Positions 1-9,725 are shown, counted from the first letter of the stretch. The stretch is DNA of 64,000 nt from Candidatus Latescibacterota bacterium (GCA_965204725.1 OZ242005.1:1280001-1344000), one strand, 5' to 3'. The notes: a model not told the origin generated them from the letters alone. Numbers and translations: made by a program.

Positions 1-813
1 CCGCAGCCCCTTGGTGGTGCGCATGTAAACGAAGCCGTCGTTGACTAGTAGGTCGCGGCCTTCCACGAGTTGTGCGCCGATCTCTTGCGCGAGGAATAGG
101 TGCTCGTAAAAAGCCGAGTTATAGACTCCGGGCGAGAGCAGGACGATGCAAGGGTCGGTGCGTCCATCGGGGGCGAGGTCGCGCATGGTCTCGAGCAGCA
201 CCTGCCCGTAGTGTTCGACCTCCCGCACTCGGCAGCTCCGGTAGAGGCGGCGCAAGCTGGTTTTCACCACCTTGCGGTTGGCGATCATATAGGACACCCC
301 CGAGGGCACCCGCAGGTTGTCTTCAAGCACGAGGAAGCCGTCGTGGGTGCGGATCAAGTCGGTGCCGCAGACGGCGACCCAAGTGTTGTGGGGGACGGAG
401 ACGCCGCGCATCTCAATACGGTACTGGGGACAGCCGCGCACCACATCGGCCGGAATAACGCCATCGGCGATGATGCGGCCCTCGCTGTACACGTCCGCTA
501 GGAAGCGGTTGAGAGCACCGATGCGCTGGGTCAGGCCGCTTTCGAGGTGCTGCCACTCGGCACTGGAAAGGATCCGGGGTACGCAGTCGATGGGAATGAT
601 GCGCTCATCGGCCTCGTCGTCCCCATAGACGGTGAAGGTGATGCCTTCGGTGGAGAACGAGTGCGTTACCCGCTCTTGGATCGCGCCGAGCTCGTCGGCG
701 GAGAACCGCCGCAGGGCGTCGTATAACGGACGGCAGTAGTCGCGGGGCGTGCCGTCGGGCCGGAACATTTCGTCGTAGATTGTGGCGTCGAGATCGTAGG
801 CGTCGAAGTGCAT
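1..813 (-). CDS. Circularly permuted type 2 ATP-grasp protein (partial, runs off left edge)
   Basis: Not in ORF track. Manual translation from ATG at 813: MHFDAYDLDATIYDEMF...EGITFTVYG...ERIIPIDCVPRI...GLTQRIGALNRFLADVY...VLEDNLRVPSGVSYM...SPGVYNSAFYEHLFLA...LVEGRDL, motifs typical of CP_ATPgrasp_2 (DUF404/407). Confidence 0.9.
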   Translation of the reverse strand, partial: MHFDAYDLDATIYDEMFRPDGTPRDYCRPLYDALRRFSADELGAIQERVTHSFSTEGITFTVYGDDEADERIIPIDCVPRILSSAEWQHLESGLTQRIGALNRFLADVYSEGRIIADGVIPADVVRGCPQYRIEMRGVSVPHNTWVAVCGTDLIRTHDGFLVLEDNLRVPSGVSYMIANRKVVKTSLRRLYRSCRVREVEHYGQVLLETMRDLAPDGRTDPCIVLLSPGVYNSAFYEHLFLAQEIGAQLVEGRDLLVNDGFVYMRTTKGLR

Positions 814-990
814 GGAACGACTCACTGGGGCCGGTTGCGCGGGCACGGCCGGAGGCGGAAAAGGGTTTCGGCTGCGCTGGTTAAGACCTCACTTTTAGCA
901 AATATATGGTATCTATTTCAGAAACAACAAATAAATCCCTCTTATTTGATGAGGACCCGGCCCGGCTGGATATGCGCCGCTGGCTGCGTG

Positions 991-1020
991 TTGACAGTGT
1001 TAAATGTAGTACAATACAAT
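991..1020 (+). promoter_or_regulatory. sigma70-like promoter
   Basis: TTGACA (991-996), 18 nt, TACAAT (1015-1020) in an AT-rich tract; RBS AAAGGAGA just before ATG 1046. Confidence 0.6.
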
Positions 1021-1045
1021 TTATTACAAGCAAAAGGAGATTGTT

Positions 1046-1270
1046 ATGTCCGATCTGAGTGATCGTGTGGGGCGTATAGAAGGGGAGCTCAATCATCTGG
1101 CGACCAAATCTGATATTGCCGAGGCTAAGTCGGAGTTGCTCGTGCAAATAGCTTCTATCGAAGGGCAACTGAGCACCTTGATCTGGGCTATCCCGGTCTT
1201 CGTTGCCATTGCTTCTTTACTCGTGCAATGGGCCGCTCCCTATCTGTTTCAGCGCAAGGGTCAGACCTGA
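1046..1270 (+). CDS. Small coiled-coil protein with C-terminal transmembrane helix (XhlA/CCDC90-like)
   Basis: 74 aa, strong RBS, heptad pattern with LATKSDI, hydrophobic C-terminus LIWAIPVFVAIASLLV. Confidence 0.75.
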   Translation: MSDLSDRVGRIEGELNHLATKSDIAEAKSELLVQIASIEGQLSTLIWAIPVFVAIASLLVQWAAPYLFQRKGQT

Positions 1271-1313
1271 GGACAAGGAGGCGAGTAATGAGCCATACAA
1301 CCTTTGCAAGCAA

Positions 1314-1351
1314 CCCCCGTGTCAATCACGCTGGCACGGGGGCTTTTATTT
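1314..1351 (+). terminator. Rho-independent terminator
   Basis: CCCCCGTGTCA-loop-TGGCACGGGGG stem followed by CTTTTATTT. Confidence 0.7.
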
Positions 1352-1418
1352 CAAAATAGCCCACTACCTTTTCTTCAATCGAAATCGGCACGACTCCAAC
1401 TCGCGCTCCGCCGCCGCC

Positions 1419-2672
1419 TCATTCCGCCGTCAGCACCGGCGACTCAGCCGCGCGGGCATAGAGATCGGCGAATTCGGTGCTGCTGTCGTCGTCGAGCAGT
1501 TCGGTGCTCGATCCCCATTCGTCAACCGGATGGTTGCCGCTCTGGAAGAAGGCCCACTTCTGCCCGGAGTTGGCAAAGTAGATGTTGATGCGGCCGGCGC
1601 GGGTGACCTTAATCAGCCGTTTGGGCAGGCGGTGGTCGGCTTGATCGACTCGGTACTTGGCCAGTGCCTCTTCGTCTATTTCAATGCCCAAGCCCGGGGC
1701 TTCGGGCACTTGGGCGTGGCCGCCGAGGACCTCGATCCGCTGTTTGAGCAAGCTGTGCTCGTACAGCTCGTGGCAGGTGATGGTCGGCCACTGGGCTTGG
1801 ACTAGCACCGCGCTCAAGTGTAGCGAGAGTGCGGTGGTTGGCCCGGCCCCGACCATTTGCAAGAAGAAGGGCATGTGCAGGGCCGCACACGTGCGGCCTT
1901 GGCTGATGATCTGGTTGACGCCGCCGCCCAAGATCCAGCCGTCGCAGACGCCGCCCAACTCCAAGCCCTCGCGGGGGTGGATCACGCCGTAGTGGTGGGC
2001 GATGGCCGTGTTGATCTGGGTGCGGAGGAAGCGGTTGCCAGAGGCGTCGTGGCGCGGGATCGGGTCTTCAAAAATTTTGATTTTAGGGAAGGTCTGCTCC
2101 AAGTCGCGCAGCAGGGGGATGGCGTTGGAGGCGTTGTTCAAAAAGGCGTTCCAGTCGGCGTCGATGCGGAAGTGATCGGGCGTGACGGCGCTGATTTGGC
2201 GAATGGTCTCGCGGACGTCGAACCACGGCCGGGTCTTGATTTTTATGCAGGTGTAGCCGAGGGCCACCGCGGTCTGCGCCTCTATGGCGTATCGTTCCGG
2301 CGTCATATCGTGGTCCCAAAACGAGATGGCGCACCAGTCGCGGCACTTGGTGCCCAACAGCTTATAGAGCGGCACGCCGGCCAGTTTGCCGGCAACGTCG
2401 AAAAGGGCCATCTGCAGGCCCGCACCCAAGGAGTCGTCCCATATAGCGGCAAAGGGCGATTGGCCGAGGACGCGCTCGTGGGCTTGGACGCGGCCCCAAG
2501 TGTAGTTCTGGATGGTCTCGCCCCAGCCGACGACGCCGGCGTCGGTTTCGACGCGGGTGATTTCAAGCTCGGACCAGGTGTGAATGCCAGCGCGTTCCAT
2601 GTCGCGGCGGACGCGCTCGACAAACGGCACCTGTAGGGTAAAGCGTTCGACGTGCGTGATGTGGGCAGTCAT
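1419..2672 (-). CDS. Mandelate racemase/muconate lactonizing enzyme family (enolase superfamily), likely acid-sugar dehydratase
   Basis: VETDAGVVGWGE, ALFDVAGKLAGVPLYKLLG, KIK, IDAD, EDP, PEAPGLGIEIDEEAL motifs. Confidence 0.9.
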   Translation of the reverse strand: MTAHITHVERFTLQVPFVERVRRDMERAGIHTWSELEITRVETDAGVVGWGETIQNYTWGRVQAHERVLGQSPFAAIWDDSLGAGLQMALFDVAGKLAGVPLYKLLGTKCRDWCAISFWDHDMTPERYAIEAQTAVALGYTCIKIKTRPWFDVRETIRQISAVTPDHFRIDADWNAFLNNASNAIPLLRDLEQTFPKIKIFEDPIPRHDASGNRFLRTQINTAIAHHYGVIHPREGLELGGVCDGWILGGGVNQIISQGRTCAALHMPFFLQMVGAGPTTALSLHLSAVLVQAQWPTITCHELYEHSLLKQRIEVLGGHAQVPEAPGLGIEIDEEALAKYRVDQADHRLPKRLIKVTRAGRINIYFANSGQKWAFFQSGNHPVDEWGSSTELLDDDSSTEFADLYARAAESPVLTAE

Positions 2673-2748
2673 GGGTCGCCTTCCTTGGCGTTGGGTGATG
2701 GGGCCGAGTTGGCAAAACGCGAGTTGCAGCGAGCCTCGTCAGACGCAC

Positions 2749-3366
2749 CTAGCGCGGATCGCGCTCTAGGTCGAGCGGTACCGCGTAGCGCGGGTCGGCG
2801 ACCGGGCGGCCCGGTAGCGGCTCCTCCAAAAAGGTGATGCTCTCGTAGTAGTCATCCAGCGCGATAAACAGGCCCACGTTTTCGGCCCATTCCCGCATGC
2901 GCCGGTTGCAACTGTGACGCCACGATAGCACTTCAATGCGCCAGCCTTTGCGGTGCATGCGTTCTAAGTCGGCGTGAAAACCGACGCCGTCGGCAAAGCC
3001 GCTGCCGTCTCCGGTCAGCAGCACTGCGATACCGGGGTCGCCGTTGTAGTCAACGGTATCGCGGAGCATCTGCGTCTGCAAGAGTTGGTCCACGCCCTGC
3101 TCGCCGCCTTGCACCCGGCCGCGCTCCAACAATTCAACGGTAACGCCCTCGTTTTCGAGGCGATTCCACACTTGGCGCATCTCGGGCGGAATGGAGCCGA
3201 CGGCGACCGCGTGTTGCACCGGCCGGTTAGCGCGGGCCAAGGCCAGCAGATTGCGGAAGTGAATACGCATCCGCGAGCGCACCTGCTCGCCCTCTCGCTC
3301 CACCGCGGCCTCTTGTGCGCTGATGAAGATGTTGGAGGTATCCCAATAAATGAAAACCTTGGCCAT
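2749..3366 (-). CDS. NYN domain protein (LabA/DUF88, PIN-like fold)
   Basis: IYWDTSN, EQGVD, LLTGDG motifs. Confidence 0.85.
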   Translation of the reverse strand: MAKVFIYWDTSNIFISAQEAAVEREGEQVRSRMRIHFRNLLALARANRPVQHAVAVGSIPPEMRQVWNRLENEGVTVELLERGRVQGGEQGVDQLLQTQMLRDTVDYNGDPGIAVLLTGDGSGFADGVGFHADLERMHRKGWRIEVLSWRHSCNRRMREWAENVGLFIALDDYYESITFLEEPLPGRPVADPRYAVPLDLERDPR

Positions 3367-3491
3367 TGCTGCCTGCTGTGCTAGAGGGTTAGAGTTCGTT
3401 TAATCTAGTCTGTGCCGCCACCCGACGCAACGCGATTCGCTTGACGCGCCCGGTGCTCCGCTCTTAATTCCCCGCCTCACTGAGCTAAAGG

Positions 3492-4349
3492 TTGAGCAAC
3501 GAGGGCAAACCGTTAAAGGAGGTTGATCTGCCTACTTCTACCATTTTGTTCGGGGACTGCCGCGTCAAGCTCGGCGGTATCGCGGCGGATTCCGTTGACT
3601 TGATCGTTACATCGCCGCCTTATGCCAATCAGCGTACCAGCACCTATGGAGGGGTGAAGCCGGACGATTATGTGGCTTGGTTTTTGCCGATTGCCGACGA
3701 ACTACAGCGCGTCCTCAAGCCGAGCGGCACCTTCATTTTGAACATCAAGGAATGTGTTGTTAAAGGGGAGCGGCACCCCTATGTGCTGGAATTGATCTTG
3801 GCCCTGCGGCAACGGGGTTGGCTGTGGACGGAGGAATTTGTGTGGCACAAAAAAAACTGCTATCCCGGCAAGTGGCCGAATCGTTTTCGGGATTCTTGGG
3901 AGCGGCTGTTGCAGTTCAACAAGCAGCGCAAATTCAAGATGAACCAAGAAGCCGTGATGGTTCCTGTGGGCGACTGGTATGAGCATCGGATGCACAACCT
4001 AAACGCGACGGATCGCCAGCGCGACGAGTCCAAAGTCGGCAGCGGCTTTGGCAAGAAGGTAGAAAACTGGCTGGGACGCGATAAGGTGTATCCCACCAAT
4101 GTACTGCACCGCGCTACAGAATGTGCCAACCGCAGCCATAGTGCGGCTTTTCCGCACTGGTTGCCGGAGTGGTTTATAGATTTGTTCACCGATCCCGGCG
4201 ATGTGGTGTTGGATCCGTTTATTGGCTCGGGGACAACAGCGTTTGCCGCGCTTGATAAAGGGCGTCATGTCATCGGCATTGAGTTACACGAGCCGTATTA
4301 CGAAGATCTCCAGAAGAAACTCAACCAGAACTTGAGGTTAGCATTATGA
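3492..4349 (+). CDS. Site-specific DNA methyltransferase, beta class (N4-C/N6-A)
   Basis: DLIVTSPPY precedes VLDPFIGSGTT (beta motif order); HSAAFP. Start codon uncertain. Confidence 0.92.
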   Translation: MSNEGKPLKEVDLPTSTILFGDCRVKLGGIAADSVDLIVTSPPYANQRTSTYGGVKPDDYVAWFLPIADELQRVLKPSGTFILNIKECVVKGERHPYVLELILALRQRGWLWTEEFVWHKKNCYPGKWPNRFRDSWERLLQFNKQRKFKMNQEAVMVPVGDWYEHRMHNLNATDRQRDESKVGSGFGKKVENWLGRDKVYPTNVLHRATECANRSHSAAFPHWLPEWFIDLFTDPGDVVLDPFIGSGTTAFAALDKGRHVIGIELHEPYYEDLQKKLNQNLRLAL

Positions 4350-4355
4350 GCCTAT

Positions 4356-5900
4356 ATGAAAATTGATCACCCATATAGCGGGTGTGTTTTCCACGGTCAC
4401 CTATTGGATTACCTTCGAGAAGTTGGCGAGAGGCACCAGAAGCGGTTTGGGCAGTTTTTTACACCGGATGAAGTAGCCACTTTTATGGTGGATTGGGTGC
4501 TAAATTCGGGGGTGGATGAGGTATTTGACCCGGCGTTTGGATTGGGGGCGTTTCGAGACGCGATTTATGACCGCGCAGGCGTTCAGTTCACAGGGTGTGA
4601 AGTGGATGCTACCATCGTCGAGTTCTGGGAGCGGAATACAGGGGAACGCGCAGATTTTATTACAATTGAGGACTATTTGCTTGCTTGGGGTGGCCAATAC
4701 GCTAGTATCGTTTGCAATCCACCGTACATGCGCTTTCAGAAGTTTCTTAATAGGGACATAGTAGTTCAAGAGTTTGAGAAAAACCTCGGCATAAAGCTAT
4801 CTGGATACGTGAACACCGCTTCGGCCTTCCTACTCAAGTCGCTTTCCGAACTTTCCGCTTATGGTCGATTGGCATATATCATGCCGCTCGAGTTCTTGAA
4901 TACAGGATACGGCACGTTGGTAAAGCAAAAACTCATTGAGTCTGGTCACTTGTGCAGCATTATCAGCTTCGATTGTGAGAAAGACATTTTCCCTGATGCC
5001 ACCACGTCAGTGGGCATCATTTTATACGACAAAGCGGCTTACCATATTGCCGTCCAGTTTTTTCGTCTGCGATCTATGGACGAACTCGCCGCGTTCGAGA
5101 GCCTACAACCCGTTGCTGAGGTGCCTCAATCGGCGTTGGATCCGCAGGCCAAGTGGCTACCTCATTTTCAGGGTACAGCATTCAGCGTCGATCGCCAAAA
5201 GACGACCGCGCTTGCAGACTTTGGAAAGTTTAGCCGCGGCATTGCCACAGGTGCGAATGCGTTTTTCGTCCTAAACCCTACGAGTGTAGCAGTAAGACGC
5301 CTCAATACGACCGAGTGCGTACCTTGCATCGCCAAGAGTTCACAGATTAAAACGGCCATTTTTAGGGAGGCGGATTTTGCGAATAACCCCGTTTTCTTAT
5401 TCTCAGCCTCTGGCAATCCCTCTAAGTCCGCTGAGGATTACATCCGGTTTGGGGAGAACGAGGGCTATCACGAGCGATTTTTAACAAAAAACAGAACGCC
5501 GTGGTACAAAACAGAGACGCGCAGCCCATCACCCCTTTTGTTCGGCGTGTTCTCGCGCAACGGCTACAAGGTCGTATTAAACAAGACCAAGGCGTTGAAC
5601 CTGACTTGCTACCATGGATTCCAACCCAACCTGTTGGGTGCTATATATGTAGAGCACTTATTTCTCTACTTATCGTCGCAAACGGGAAGGCTGATCGTCG
5701 CTCGCTCTATGCGCCAATACGGTCGGGCACTGGACAAGTTTGAACCCAATGATTTGAATGGGGCCTTGGTGCCCACGGCGGCTTTCTTCGATACCATATC
5801 GAGGGAGGAAGTCGCCACCGCCATCCGGTCGTTGGAGGAGAACGGAGCGTTGCCAGAATGGATAGAAGCTGTCTTCGCGCCGTTGAAGTGTGAAGTGTGA
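4356..5900 (+). CDS. N6-adenine DNA methyltransferase, gamma class (resembles M.AccI family)
   Basis: GQFFTP, FDPAFGLGAF, CNPPY, FLLKS...GRLAYIMPLEFLN, RGIATGAN, KFEPNDLN. The M.AccI resemblance is from recall and unverified. Confidence 0.88.
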   Translation: MKIDHPYSGCVFHGHLLDYLREVGERHQKRFGQFFTPDEVATFMVDWVLNSGVDEVFDPAFGLGAFRDAIYDRAGVQFTGCEVDATIVEFWERNTGERADFITIEDYLLAWGGQYASIVCNPPYMRFQKFLNRDIVVQEFEKNLGIKLSGYVNTASAFLLKSLSELSAYGRLAYIMPLEFLNTGYGTLVKQKLIESGHLCSIISFDCEKDIFPDATTSVGIILYDKAAYHIAVQFFRLRSMDELAAFESLQPVAEVPQSALDPQAKWLPHFQGTAFSVDRQKTTALADFGKFSRGIATGANAFFVLNPTSVAVRRLNTTECVPCIAKSSQIKTAIFREADFANNPVFLFSASGNPSKSAEDYIRFGENEGYHERFLTKNRTPWYKTETRSPSPLLFGVFSRNGYKVVLNKTKALNLTCYHGFQPNLLGAIYVEHLFLYLSSQTGRLIVARSMRQYGRALDKFEPNDLNGALVPTAAFFDTISREEVATAIRSLEENGALPEWIEAVFAPLKCEV

Positions 5901-5937
5901 AAGATAAATCACGGGTCACTGATAAAAGGAAAGGATT

Positions 5938-6837
5938 ATGCTACCTATCGTCGATACGCATCAACACCTGTGGGACTTGGCGCAGTTCGCGCTGCCGTGG
6001 TTGGAGGACCCGGCAATGGAGCCGCTGCGGAAAAATCACCTAATGAGCGATTACTTGGCGGCGGCTGAAGGAACTGGCATGGCCCGGACGGTCTATATGG
6101 AAGTCGATGTCGCCGCTGAGCAGCGCGTTGCGGAGGCCGAGTTTGTCGCCAGTCTGTGCAAGGCCGACGACAATCCAATGGCTGGGGCGGTGATCGGAGG
6201 CCGGCCGGGGACGGAGGGTTTCCGCGCCTATATCGAGCGCTTTAAGGGCCATGATTGCATCAAGGGCGTGCGGCAGCAGGTGTTGCACGGGCCCGACGCC
6301 GAGCCGGGGCGGTGCTTGCAAGAGCGTTTCGTCCGCGATGTACAGTACTTGGGTGAGGTCGGCCTGAGCTTCGATTTGTGCCTGCGGCCGAGCGAATTGG
6401 GGGACGCGGTCGGCTTGGTGGATCAGTGCCCGGATACGCGCTTCATCGTCGATCACTGCGGCAACGCCGACCCGCAGATCGTCAACGGCGCAGCCGAGCA
6501 CGATCCGGCCAACCCCTTCAGCCACACCAAAGAGCAGTGGCAGCGCGACATGGCAGCCTTGGCCGAGCGGGAGCGAGTGGGGTGCAAAATATCCGGGATT
6601 GTCGCCCGGGCGTCCGCAGGATGGAGTGCCGACGCGCTGGCGCCGACGGTCGAGCACTGCTTGGACTGCTTTGGGCCGGACCGGGTGGTGTTCGGCGGCG
6701 ACTGGCCGGTGTGCAACTTTGGGGCGAGTTTGGGTGCGTGGGTGGCCGCGTTGCGTACGATCGTGGCCGAGCGGTCGGAGGAAGATCAGGCTAAATTGTT
6801 CGCCGGCAATGCCGAGCGGCTCTACGGATTGGAGTGA
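5938..6837 (+). CDS. Amidohydrolase_2 family, sugar lactonase-like
   Basis: IVDTHQHLWD, DHCGN, KISG, FGPDRVVFGGDWPV, GNAERLY. Confidence 0.9.
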   Translation: MLPIVDTHQHLWDLAQFALPWLEDPAMEPLRKNHLMSDYLAAAEGTGMARTVYMEVDVAAEQRVAEAEFVASLCKADDNPMAGAVIGGRPGTEGFRAYIERFKGHDCIKGVRQQVLHGPDAEPGRCLQERFVRDVQYLGEVGLSFDLCLRPSELGDAVGLVDQCPDTRFIVDHCGNADPQIVNGAAEHDPANPFSHTKEQWQRDMAALAERERVGCKISGIVARASAGWSADALAPTVEHCLDCFGPDRVVFGGDWPVCNFGASLGAWVAALRTIVAERSEEDQAKLFAGNAERLYGLE

Positions 6838-6839
6838 TT

Positions 6840-7862
6840 ATGGACCCTTTTGCAAAAGTAGTGATTGGCGATACCGGCGTGGCGGTGACGCGCTTGGGGT
6901 TGGGCGGTGCGCCGTTGGGCGGGATGGTCTTGGCCGACGGGATTTTTACGGGCAGCGGGCACGACGAAGCACTGGCCATCATCCGCCGCGCTTACGAGAT
7001 GGGCGTGCGCTATTTCGATACTGCGCCGATGTATGGCAACGGGCGTAGCGAGGTGCGCTACGGGCGGGTGCTAGGCGAGTTCCCGCGTGCGTCGTTTGCC
7101 ATCTCGACCAAGGGATCGCGGGTGTTACGGCCGGAAAACCCGGACGATTTGGCTCCGTACAGCGAGGATGGGATCCCGCACTATACCTATAATTTCGACT
7201 TTAGCGCGGCGGGCCTGCGGGCCTCGCTCGATTCGAGCTTGGAGCGGCTGGGGTTGGCGGCGGTGGATATTTTCTTTGTCCACGACAGCGACTTCAAGGG
7301 GCAGCACACCGACGAGGACTTCATCCAAGCGCTAGAGGCCGCGGTCGAATTGCGGGCAACGGGCGTGGTCAAGGCCATCGGCATGGGCATGAACGAATGG
7401 GAGCGCACCGGGCGGATGGTCGAGCACTTTGATCTGGACTACATCCTGCTGGCCGGGCGTTACACGCTGCTGGACCAGTCGGCGCTGCCCGAGTTTTTGC
7501 CGCTGTGCGTAGAGCGCGGGGTGAAGCTGACCATCGGCGGCCCGTACAACAGCGGCATCCTCGCCCGCGATTTGAGCCAGCCGGTTTCCTTTGATTACCT
7601 GCCCGCGCCCGCGCATTGGGTGCAGCGGGCCAAGGCACTCAAAGCGGTCTGCGACCGGCACGAGGTTGAGCTGCGGGCGGCGGCCTTGCAATTCCCCTTT
7701 GGGCACGAGGCGGTGATCTCGGCGGTGCCCGGTGCGGCGTCCGTGGCCGAGTTGGAGGACAACGCCCGCGTGATGCAGGCGGAGATTCCACCGGCTTTGT
7801 GGGCGGAGCTAAAGGCCGAGGGGCTGCTGCCAGACGCTGCGCCGACGCCGACAAGGTGCTGA
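6840..7862 (+). CDS. Aldo/keto reductase (D-threo-aldose/L-fucose dehydrogenase-like)
   Basis: LGLGGAPLG, FDTAPMYGNGRSE, LLAGRYTLLDQ, GGPYNSGILA, AAALQF. ATG at 6840. Confidence 0.9.
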   Translation: MDPFAKVVIGDTGVAVTRLGLGGAPLGGMVLADGIFTGSGHDEALAIIRRAYEMGVRYFDTAPMYGNGRSEVRYGRVLGEFPRASFAISTKGSRVLRPENPDDLAPYSEDGIPHYTYNFDFSAAGLRASLDSSLERLGLAAVDIFFVHDSDFKGQHTDEDFIQALEAAVELRATGVVKAIGMGMNEWERTGRMVEHFDLDYILLAGRYTLLDQSALPEFLPLCVERGVKLTIGGPYNSGILARDLSQPVSFDYLPAPAHWVQRAKALKAVCDRHEVELRAAALQFPFGHEAVISAVPGAASVAELEDNARVMQAEIPPALWAELKAEGLLPDAAPTPTRC

Positions 7863-7900
7863 AATCGAACCGCTATTCGCCGCCCAATCTGGAGCCGATA

Positions 7901-7925
7901 TAACCTCTAACGCCTTCGCCCCGTC
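7901..7925 (+). promoter_or_regulatory. Putative ECF-type promoter upstream of the ECF sigma gene
   Basis: TAAC (7901-7904), 17 nt, CGTC (7922-7925); matches the AAC-N17-CGT pattern of autoregulated ECF promoters. Confidence 0.4.
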
Positions 7926-7952
7926 TTAGGAGGCAGAAAGGCGTAAAGTGCG

Positions 7953-9689
7953 ATGCGAGAGTATCGGCTAATCCATGGCCAGACGGAACAGGACGCCCAT
8001 TTGGTGATCGCCGCACAGGAAGGCCACGAATGGGCTTTTGCGCGGCTCTTCGAGCGGCATTCGGTGCGGCTGTGGCCCTATGCCTTCACCTTGAGCGGCG
8101 GCGAGGTCGATGAGGCGCAGGATCTGTTGCAGGAGACCTTTATCCGCGCTTGGAGTCGGCTGGGCGAGTTGCAGGCGGGGGCCGCTTTTCACGCTTGGCT
8201 GCGTACGCTGATGTATCGCTTGGCACTCGACCGGTGCGATAAGCAGCAGTACCGGGATCAGTTACTCGCCCGGTACGCGATGGCAGCGGAAGCGGAACGC
8301 ACACCAGAGCAGCGGCTGCTATCGCGTGAAATAGGGGCGGCCATCGCAGAAGCGGCGCAGAGTCTCTCGGAGTCTTCGCGCCGCATTTTTACCGCCTTTC
8401 ACCTAGAGGACAAGTCCATAATGCAGATCGCCGAGGAGATGGGGCTTTCGGTGGGGGCGGTGAAGGCCCGACTCTTCTATGGGCGCAAAAAATTGAGAAA
8501 GGAATTGGCGAACATGGCTCCCGAGACGACGATGCCACTAGAAACACCCGAGACGCTTAACATCGAGGTCATGGGTGAGTGCAAAAACCAACATGATCCG
8601 CTGCATCCGCTGCGGCAGACGCAGAGTTTGCTGGCCAAGCGCTTGCTCTACTTCTGCCGTAAGAGTGCAAAAAGCGTTGGGGAACTAGCCCGTCTGTTGC
8701 ACGCCGACAAGGTCTATGTGCAGGACATCCTGCCGAGCTTAGTGGAAGGAGAAATGCTGGAGGAGCCCTTTCCCGGTCGCTATCAGACGGCTTTTCTCTT
8801 TATCGCACACCAAGAGAACAGGCCGCTAGAAGAGAGCGTGCATTTGGTGCGGGAGGGCCTAGCCATCCTCGAGCGCCGCCTGCCGCAACTCAGAGAGGCC
8901 CTAGGCCATACTTCGTTGTGCGGTTGGCAGGGATTTACTTGGGAGGAACTGGCTTGGATCGCGTTGCCGGAGTGGATTGTCATGCGTGGTCTGGGGCGGC
9001 AAGTGTCATCGCTGCCCAATTGGGGTAAATACCGCATTCTGACCTACCCACTCAGGCCGGTAGATTTTTGGTATCTGCTAGGCCATTGCGGCGGCGAAGA
9101 GGAGCCTTCTTTCCGGCTTGGCGGGATGGAGACGGAGGGGGACGACAAGGGCATGGGCAATATAGCGGAACCGCGCCTTATAGTCGGCGGCGATTGTATG
9201 AAGACTATGCGCTTTGAAGACCTCGATCGCTTGGTCGGCGGCCTGTGCGAGGGACCTATGAGCGAGGAGGATTTGCTCGACGACGCGGACGAGGAAACGC
9301 GATCAAGGTTAGCTGAATACAGTGCGGATGGCTATTTAGTCCAGTTAGAAGACGGGCGCTGGCGGTTGGGCATGCCGGTTGTCACTGGAGAAGACGAGGA
9401 GCGGTTGATCGGAACGATCGATGCGATCTGCGCTGAACTCGCCAGCAACGTGCTCGACGGTGCGATAACGGCTTTTGCCGCGAAGATAGACGAGTTGGAG
9501 TTTTCGCACTTACTCGGACAGCCTCACTATGTGGGCTTTTTGGGCTTTGAGGTGGCGTGTAGGCAACTGATCAGTGCCTGCCGCGAAGAAGGGTTGATAC
9601 CCGATCCGGTCAATCCGCCCAAGGGTTTCGGCTGTCATGCGTGGTACGGGGCACCGCGGATCATGCGAGCTTGGAACAAGGGGCGGTAA
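7953..9689 (+). CDS. ECF sigma-70 factor with ~390 aa C-terminal extension
   Basis: Region 2 EAQDLLQETFIRAW...FHAWL; region 4 SIMQIAEEMGLSVGAVKARLFYGRKKL; long extension follows. Confidence 0.88.
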   Translation: MREYRLIHGQTEQDAHLVIAAQEGHEWAFARLFERHSVRLWPYAFTLSGGEVDEAQDLLQETFIRAWSRLGELQAGAAFHAWLRTLMYRLALDRCDKQQYRDQLLARYAMAAEAERTPEQRLLSREIGAAIAEAAQSLSESSRRIFTAFHLEDKSIMQIAEEMGLSVGAVKARLFYGRKKLRKELANMAPETTMPLETPETLNIEVMGECKNQHDPLHPLRQTQSLLAKRLLYFCRKSAKSVGELARLLHADKVYVQDILPSLVEGEMLEEPFPGRYQTAFLFIAHQENRPLEESVHLVREGLAILERRLPQLREALGHTSLCGWQGFTWEELAWIALPEWIVMRGLGRQVSSLPNWGKYRILTYPLRPVDFWYLLGHCGGEEEPSFRLGGMETEGDDKGMGNIAEPRLIVGGDCMKTMRFEDLDRLVGGLCEGPMSEEDLLDDADEETRSRLAEYSADGYLVQLEDGRWRLGMPVVTGEDEERLIGTIDAICAELASNVLDGAITAFAAKIDELEFSHLLGQPHYVGFLGFEVACRQLISACREEGLIPDPVNPPKGFGCHAWYGAPRIMRAWNKGR

Positions 9690-9725
9690 CGGGGATTCGA
9701 ATTTCAAATTATACCAGATCGTTTC

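Noticed and set aside
72-628. Plus-strand ORFs 72-458, 100-501, 317-628
   Set aside because: Antisense shadows of the minus-strand ATP-grasp gene.
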